A stretch of DNA of 51,700 nucleotides from NCBI GenBank assembly GCA_018221105.1, contig JAAOYA010000002.1, positions 1 to 51,700 of the forward strand, given 5' to 3'. Below, piece after piece: positions 40,901 through 49,900 of the stretch. Source of the DNA: Candidatus Woesearchaeota archaeon. Its GTDB lineage: Archaea; Nanobdellota; Nanobdellia; Woesearchaeales; JAAOYA01. A model generated the notes under the pieces. That model was not told where the DNA came from. It did not search any database and worked only from the letters and a program-made list of their open reading frames with translations. How positions within the stretch are numbered: the first letter of the stretch is position 1; every line of letters starts with the position of its first letter. The position numbers were made by a program, and so were the translations under genes.

Positions 40901-43900
40901 TTACGTATGCGTAACTATTATTGACTTGTGTGTTATTGTCAGGTGTTGGGCTGACAAAACTAATGCTTGGCGGACTAGTATCAACTGTTATGTTGCGTGT
41001 TTCTGTTGAGTTAATGTTTCCAACAGCGTCAATAGCCCAAGATTTAAACGAGTAATCGCCGTCAACCAAGCTTGTGAAATTGTTGTACGCTCTCCAATCT
41101 CTAGCGTTATAAGAAGCGTTGATTTCTTGTGCTGTTAGCGCTCTTGAGAACAACATTACTTCATCAATCAGCCCGTCAAAATATCTTGCTGAACCAGCAT
41201 TAGGCCCCCACCATCCAATGTGTAAATCATCAGTATCTGTGACAATATTTCCTGTAAAAGGGCCAGCACCCCATGTAATGGTTTTTTCTACACCATTAAT
41301 ATAAAATTTATAGTCTGTAGTGTTATAAGTTGCAACTACATAAGCCCATGTATTATCAATGTAAGTATCTGTTGAATAACCCCATGTTGCTCCACCACTA
41401 CTTATTACTTGAAAACCGTATTCGTTAGAATTTCTTGTAAACAAAGCGTAATCTTGGTTTTTGCCAAGCATTGTCGCGTACGCTACTTGAGAAGGGTGTG
41501 GGTAAACCCACGCGGCCATAGTAATAGCATTAGTTGGCGCTAAACTTTCATTATAATCAATAGTTATTCTTTGACTAGATGTATCATCAAATTCTAATGC
41601 ACTACCCCTAATGCCTGTTGTTATATTGTTTTGGCTTAAGCCTCCACTGTAACTGCCAAAATTGTTGTATGTGCTGCTATCATTGACTCCTGTAGTGTTG
41701 TATTGTTCGAAGTTCCACCATCCTACTAGTGAGCGATTCCAATCAATGAATGCTGAGTGATTATTGGCATCACTGGTTGTCACGTTGATGTATGCGTAAT
41801 CAACAGTTAATGTTTCATCATTGTCAGGTGTTGGAGTGTTAAAACTTATGCTTGGAGTTGTTTGATCTACTGTCACAATTCTCTCTTCTGTAGAATTGAT
41901 GTTGCCGCCAGCGTCAATAGCCCAAGCTTTGTAAGTATAATTGCCTTCACTTAAACTTGTGAAGTTGTTGTATAATCGCCAATCACCAGCATTATAACTT
42001 GCGTTAATTTCTTGTGGTGTTAAAACACGACTGAAAATCATTACTTCATCAAGTGATCCTTGTAGTGTTTGTTCTGCTGCACCAATCATCGTGTTTTGTG
42101 TTTGTATGGTGTTATTGGAGTATGTTGCTGTGCCGTCAAAAGCTCCGTTTAGGTAGAATATTGCCGTAGTGCTGTTTTTTGTTATTGTGACGTGCGCCCA
42201 TTGGCCTATGGGTATTTGAGTGTTACTATTGCCTCCTTCGTCGCCAATTTGAAAGTATATTTCTCCCGTTGAGCCGCTACCCTTGTTGCCAATTATTACT
42301 CTTTCATCATCACTTACTAAATATTGTTCTATAAAACTATACCATCCGCCATGATTATCCATGTTTACCCATAACATTACTGTGAAGTTTTCTGTTGGTA
42401 TTAGTGTTGCGCCAGTGTCAAGGTATTGTTGTCCTGTACAGTCTATTGCGTTTCCCCTGATGCCTGTTATAATATTGCTTTGGCTTAAGCCTCCTGCATA
42501 ACTTGCAAAGTTTTGATATGTTGATGAATCATTTACACCTGTGCTATTGTAGTATTCAAAACTGTACCATGCGCGCAATGTTTTGTTCCAATCAATAAAT
42601 GCTGAATAGTTTGATGCGTCACTGGTTGTTACATTGATGTATGTGTAATCTTCATTAATCACTGTGTTGTTGTCAGGTGTTGGGCTGACAAAACTAATGC
42701 TTGGTTCTTGTGTGTCAACTGTGAAGAATATTTGTGAAGAGTTGGTGTTTCCCGCGGTGTCATTGACGTAAACTGTGATGTTTTGCAGTCCTTGAACTGT
42801 ATTGAGTGTGGTGTTTTGACAGCTTGCTAGATTAGTTGTTTGTCCTGTGCTATTAACATACCAGCAAGTGTCAAGATAAATGTCTGATACTGTGTAATTA
42901 AGATCGATGCTTACAATCCTATAAGTTGAATCGTTAACAGGAATTTGAATATTTAATGATGGAGGTGTTTGATCTACTGTCACAATTCTCTCTTCTGTAG
43001 AATTGATGTTTCCGCCAGCGTCAATAGCCCAAGCTTTGTAAGTATAATTACCTTCACTTAAACTTGTGAAATTGTTGTACAAGCGCCAATCACCAGCATT
43101 ATAACTTGCGTTAATTTCTTGTGGTGTTAGCACTCTTGAAAAAACCATTGCTTCATCTATTAAACCTGTGTAAAAATTTGCAGGGGTATCACCACTTGGC
43201 GCGGAACCTAGTAAAAACCAATTTCTTGTATAAGTTCCACTTGGCGCAAGAGTTACTGTGTTATTGAGCACTCCATCAAGGTATAGCTTATATTCGCTTC
43301 CGTTTTTTGTTGCGACAACATGATGCCACTCATCTGTTGATACTCCTGTAGCGCTTACTGTAACTATATTGTCTTGATCATTATTTCTTACCCAAAAAGA
43401 TAAAGTATTTGTTGTAGTCCACCGGATACACGAATAAGGCTCCGAAGGATCTTCATCATGAGTATAGCAGAGTAAGTATCCTGTATTGGTGCCAACTTTT
43501 TTGAACCATAATGAATACGAGTAATTATCCGCATTGTCATCAATCATATAAATATCTCTACTCTCAATATAATCGTTACCGTCAAACTCTAGTGCGTTTC
43601 CTCTTATTCCTGTTGTGATGTCACTTTGGCTTAATGTACCATTAAAAGTTCCAAAGTTATTATACGTTGAAGAGTCGTTTATTCCTGTGCTATTGTAGTA
43701 TTCAAAACTGTACCATCCTTTTAGTGTTTTATTCCAATCGATGAATGCTGAATAGTTTGAAGTATCACTGGTTGTTACATTGATGTATGTGTAATCTTCA
43801 TTAATAACTGTGTTATTGTTAGGCGTTGGGCTGACAAAACTAATGCCTGGCGGACTAGTATCAACAGTAATATTGCGTGTCTCTGTTGAATTAATGTTTC

Positions 43901-46900
43901 CTGCTGCATCAATGCTCCAAGCTTTAAATGAATAAGCGCCACTAGTTAGGTTTGTGAAATTGTTGTATGCTCTCCAACTACCAGCGTTAATTGTGGCGTT
44001 TAATTCTTCTATTGTTAGTGCTCTGTCTATTAGTATTACTTCGTCGTGTAGTCCGTCCATGTGTTCTATTGTGCTGGCGCTGTTATCGCGGCATCCTATC
44101 CATACTGGTTCGTCGCTTGTTAGGTTGCCGTTTACAGCGTACGGGCTTCCTACGGCTACTCCGTCTAGGTATAATTGTACGCTGTCGTCTTTTCTTATTG
44201 CTGCTATGTGGTACCACGTGTCTGTTTGTAGGCCTAAAGCTCCGCTTGTGAATTCTTGAAATCCGTATGCTGAGTTGTTCATTGCAAAATCTAAACAACC
44301 TGAAGGATTACAACCGCTCCATGTTGTTCCAAACCCGAAAGTCCACGAGCCTTCGTCTTTTACTACGTTACCTCTTGATATTAGCCTGTCAGCGCCGTCT
44401 ATAGTGTCTGCATATATCCACCCTGCCATTGTGAAGTCTTCTTCTAAGTCTAGGCTGTCATCGTCTGCTACTTGCAGACAATCATTGATGTTGTCGAATT
44501 CTAGCGCGTTTCCTCTTTTTCCTGTTGTGATGTTGCTTTGGCTTATTCCGCTGTCATAGCTTGCAAAATTGTTGTATGTTGATGAGTCGTTGATTCCTGT
44601 AGTGTTATATTGTTCGAAGTTCCACCATCCAACAAGACTTCTATTCCAATCAATGAATGCTGAGAAGTTGCTAGCGTCACTAGCGCTAACATTGACGTAT
44701 GCGTAATCAACACTTAATGCTTCATCATTGTCAGGAGTTGGGGAGACAAAACTAATACTTGGATAAATCAGATCTCCATTGAGTGTTAATGGCAAAAAGT
44801 CAGTGTTATTAATTGAAGCATTATATTGTGCTTCACAAATACCATCGCCCGAGGCGTCAGAACAATTATCACTCCAGCCAGTATTAGTTGGATTGGTCCA
44901 AAAATTACCTCCTAAGTAACTTCCGCCAAGTATGTTGGTGCCAACTGTTAGTGTTGTGTTAAGATAGTTGGTTGTGTTGTGAAAATTTAAGTAGTTTATA
45001 GTGTTGTTAAAGATGTTGTTGTAGAAAGTATTATTATACGATTGTCCGTAAATTCTCACCCCTGCAATAGTGTTGTCTTCAATTCTTGAATTTTTGAAAG
45101 TATTATTATTGTTATTTGAGTTTGTTCCTATTGCAATACCGTATGTGTTTGATGAAGTAATTGTTAAGTTATCAAACTCGTTATGTTTGTTATTTGATGA
45201 AGTGATCAATCCTGTGTTAGATGTGTTGTTTATAAAAACATTTTTTACTTTGTTATTTTCAGAAGTAGAAAGTTCAACCCCGAAATAATTACTATTTGTA
45301 AAAGTAGAATTTTCAATAACACTATTTTGTATACTGTAAAATAACAATCCGGAATAACCGATACCAGAAACATTTACTTTGTTAACTGTGACATTTGTTG
45401 ATCTAAAAATGTGTATTCCATCCTGGTTATCCATGGTGATATTTGATACACTTGAGTCATCAACATCGCATAAAATTAATTGACCTATTGAATTATTATT
45501 TTCAATTGTTAAACCTTGGGTGTTATGATAATAAACAAGTGCCTGATTTGTTCCAGCATAAGAATTAGTAAATGTGTGATTACAGTGATCATCTGAGCTC
45601 GCACTAAACGTTAGCGCTCTTGAATTGCCAGAAAAGTTTAATGAATTTCCATTTATATTCTCAGAATATACAGGGTATAGCGCTGTTCCAGCATCATAAA
45701 TCGATATGTTGTAAAGGCTGATGTTTTGTGAAGAATCAAATCTAAAACCATATCTAAAAATATTATAGGAATCCGAAAATATAACGTTTTTTATTGTCAC
45801 ATTTTGAGAATATTGAAGCCTTATACCTCCATCGTAGAACTGTGTAATATTTGGACAATTTTGTATTATGATGTTGTCTGCGCCACCATTAACATTTTCT
45901 GAAAAAATACCCCAAGAACCGACTGTTTTATCACCATCAATAGTATAACCATCACAATCAAAAGTGACATCGTCTGAACCATTAAAATCAATACAAGTAC
46001 CTGATTCACCAAAGATGTTCTCGCTTAAGTATATTGTTTTTCCTGTGCCAGATTGATTTTGTATTACATTACTACAATCACCACAATTCTCGCATGTTAT
46101 TTGAGTGTTATCTGTTAGTGGTAAGTAGTCTGTGTTGTTAGTTGCTGGAGTGTACGTGTCATCACAGATTCCGTTGCCGTCTATGTCATTACAAGTTTGA
46201 GAATAAGCATTGCTTGTACTGTTAGCCCAGAAGTTGCCGCCAATCCATGATCCTCCGATAATGTTAGTGCTTGCTGTCAGAGAAGTGTTAAAATAGTTTA
46301 CGTTGCTTTCATTATTTAATATTAGGTTATTTGTATTATTAATATAGTTGTTGTAGAAAGTGTTGCTAGTGCTTTGATTGATCCTAACTCCGCCAACAGT
46401 ATTATCTTCAAATTTTGAATTGAAAACATAATTATTAGTTATTGCACTACCATCATAGACAATTCCATAATTACAATTTTTAATTGTCATGTTAGTAAAA
46501 TTATTATTTTGTGCAATAGCACCTTCCGAATTGTCAATAATTATGCCAGCGCCAGAACAATCATTTATTGTGATAGTGTTAAATACTGAGTCAATTATTG
46601 CATTAGCTCGAATAGCTATCGCGTCACTTCCAGAATTGGAAATTGTCACGTTATAAAAACTGATGTTATCTATTGGGTTAGTTACAACAAAACCTTCACT
46701 TGTAGGGCTTACTATTGTAATATTTTGAAATGTTACATTGTTAAGATGACCAACATAAACACCATCGGCTGAAATACTTTCTATTACAAAGTTTTCTAAT
46801 AGCATGTTATCAGGATTGTTTGAAAACTCACTAAGCTGTATTCCCATAAGCCCGGCGCCGCTGATATTAAAATCATAAAAACTATTGTTTGTTGTGCCTT

Positions 46901-49900
46901 CAGTATATAATCCTCTACTTTGAGAATCAGTTAGTGTAATATTTCTAAAAACGTTGTTGTCTGATGTTACGTGAAGGGCAATAGAATTATCACTTATGAA
47001 ATTATTCTTGAAAGACTTGACAGTTGTTCTAATTTCTAAACCAGCACTATCTGGAGAAACAGCCCACCCTGCTTCTGACAAATAACTGTTCTCCATAGTA
47101 AAACTGCTGCTGTCTTTGACTATGAAAAAGTATTCAGCAGTAGTGTTAACACCATTAGTGATGTTTGAAGATTCGTTAATTATCATTTCACCACTACCAT
47201 TAACTGTGACGCCAACTTGGCCGTCACTAGTACCATTCATTTGCAAAGTAGAATTTGTTAAATTGTAATAACCATTAATTGTTAGATTGCCATTTTGCCA
47301 AATAGTGTTATGACTGTCTTTTATTGCAAAACTTCCACTATTATCAATTACTGTGTTTTGCGCTGTTAGCGTAATATTTGTTAAATTAAAAAATCCGCCA
47401 TTTTGAACTGTTAAATCCTGAGCAACAATTTGCTGGTTTGCACAGTTTACTACAGTATTGATTGTTAGGTCTTGTGTTGTTTGTGGCGAGCAAGTGTTAT
47501 AAACTATTGAAGGCTCAACAGTAATGTTGCGTGTTTCTGTTGAGTTAATGTTTCCTGCTGCATCTATCGCCCAGGCTTTGAATGAATAATTGCCATCAGC
47601 TAAACTTGTAAAATTGTTATATAAGCGCCAATCACCAGCGTTGTAGGAAGCGTTGATTTCTTCTGGTGTTAAAACACGATCGAATATCATTACTTCGTCT
47701 AGTGATCCTTCTAGTGTTTGTGTTTCCGCGCAGATATAGGTGTTTACTGCTTGTGTTATGGTCTCTGTGTAGCTTGATGCTGTGCCGTCAAAAATACCGT
47801 TTTGGTAGAATGTTGCTGTGGTGCTGTTTTTTGTTATGGTTATGTGTGTCCATTGGTTTGTCGGTATTTGAGTGTTACTATTACCTCCTATGCCGCCAAT
47901 TTGAAAGTATATTTCTCCTGTTTGGCTGCTAGCCTTGTTGCCAATTATTACTCTTCCAACACCTCCATTGTATTGTTCTACAAAACTATACCATCCGTCA
48001 TGGTCATCAATGTTCACCCATAACATTACTGTGAAGTTTTCTGTCGGTATTAGTGTTGCGCCAGTGTCAAGGTATTGTTGTCCTGTACAGTCTAGTGCGT
48101 TTCCTCTGATACCTGTTGTTATATTACTCTCGCTTAGTCCTCCGCTATAACTTCCAAAATTTTGATATGTTGAACTATCATTGACTCCTGTGCTGTTGTA
48201 TTGTTCGAAGTTGTACCATCCAACTAATGTTTTGTTCCAATCGATGAAAGCGCTGTGATTGTTAGCGTCGCTTGTGCTGACATTAATGTAAGCGTAATCA
48301 ACACTTAACACTTCATCATTGTCAGGTGTTGGGGAGACAAAAGAAATGCTTGGAGGTGTTGTGTCAGGGGTTTCATTTACGTCAAAATACCAAGTACTAC
48401 TTTCACTGCTCGTGCTAGCATCACTGACGTTTCCTTTCCAATAATAACGACCAACTTGAAGCGAATACATCGCAGCGATTTCAGAAGCATTCAAGCTTCT
48501 ATTCCAAATAGCTACTTCGTCAATTAATCCATTAGCTCGGTATGTTGTTTGCCCGCCTTCGTATTCTCCAAGGTATAAATTGCTAGTATCATAACTTGTT
48601 AAGCCATCAGGCGTTGTGTTGGTGTCTTCTAAAACGCCGTTTACGTATAATTTCATTGCGCTCCCATCATAAGTTCCAACAACGTGATACCATTGATTCA
48701 TAGAAGGTTCTGTTCCTGTATAAGCATTAATCTCTGAAGAATCCCAAAGAGAAAAAATAAAGCCGGGATACGCGCTTGATGATGAACCTAATCTTAAAGC
48801 GTAAGAACCCCATTTAGAAACAACGTGATCTAGTTCTCCACTCCCAACAGACATAGGGTAATACCACGTAGCAACTGTTATGTTGCCATTAAGGTTTATG
48901 TTTGAATTATTTTTAACAACAAAATAGGTAGAGCTACTTGATGAATAATTATATGCTTTTCCAAAGCGTCCTTGAGTTATATTAGGGCAAGTAACGCCGC
49001 TACAAGTCCCGTTGCTCTCTAAACCTGTCCAATCATAAACAAATGTGTCGTTTTCTCCTTTGCTTGAGTCGTTATCAAAGTGCATCAAAAGCACCATGTT
49101 TTTGTCAACGCTTAACGGCATCGAAGTCAGGTTGTAATTTATCTCAGTGCCATTAGCAAGGTTCTCATTCTGATACAATAATTTGTAACTACCTTTATAG
49201 TATAATGTTTTGATTTCAATATCGGATAAAGTACGATTATAAATTGCTACTTCGTCAATTGTTCCTCTGTAATCATCTACTGTACCGCTAGAACTACCGT
49301 TGTTATCACTACTGGTACCAATAGCAAGATTTGCTGAGCCATCAAAAATACTGGAAGCTGCATAACTATCAGTGTCCTTTAACACACCATCTAAGTAAAA
49401 CCTCAATTCTCCTGTGTTATTATTCCAAGTTCCGACAAGGTGATGCCACTCGTTTAATGAAACATTGCTTGCGCTTATTATTGTTTCATTATTTAGAGGG
49501 TCATCTCCATCACTACTAACATGCCAAACATATTTTTTTTCTGGGTTAGTTTCTTCATATCTAATTCTATATTCTCTATCGCCTGAGTAATTGCTTTTTC
49601 CTACAATGAAATTATAACAAGTTGTTGAATAGCAGTTTTCTGGATGTTCTGTTGGTAGTATCCAAATACTAACGGTTATCTCGCTAAGACCACTTATCGA
49701 GGAATCATCAGGAATAAGTATAGCATCATCACTGTTTTCGCCATCAAACAAGTAACTCTTATAGAACTTTCCGTAATTGTTAAGAGTTGGACAAAAAGTT
49801 GGGTAAACCGTAAGACTACTATCTCCACAAGTCCCGTTGTTGTCTTGTCCTGACTGGTCAATAAATACAGTGTCGTTCTCACCAAGAGCACTATTGTTAT

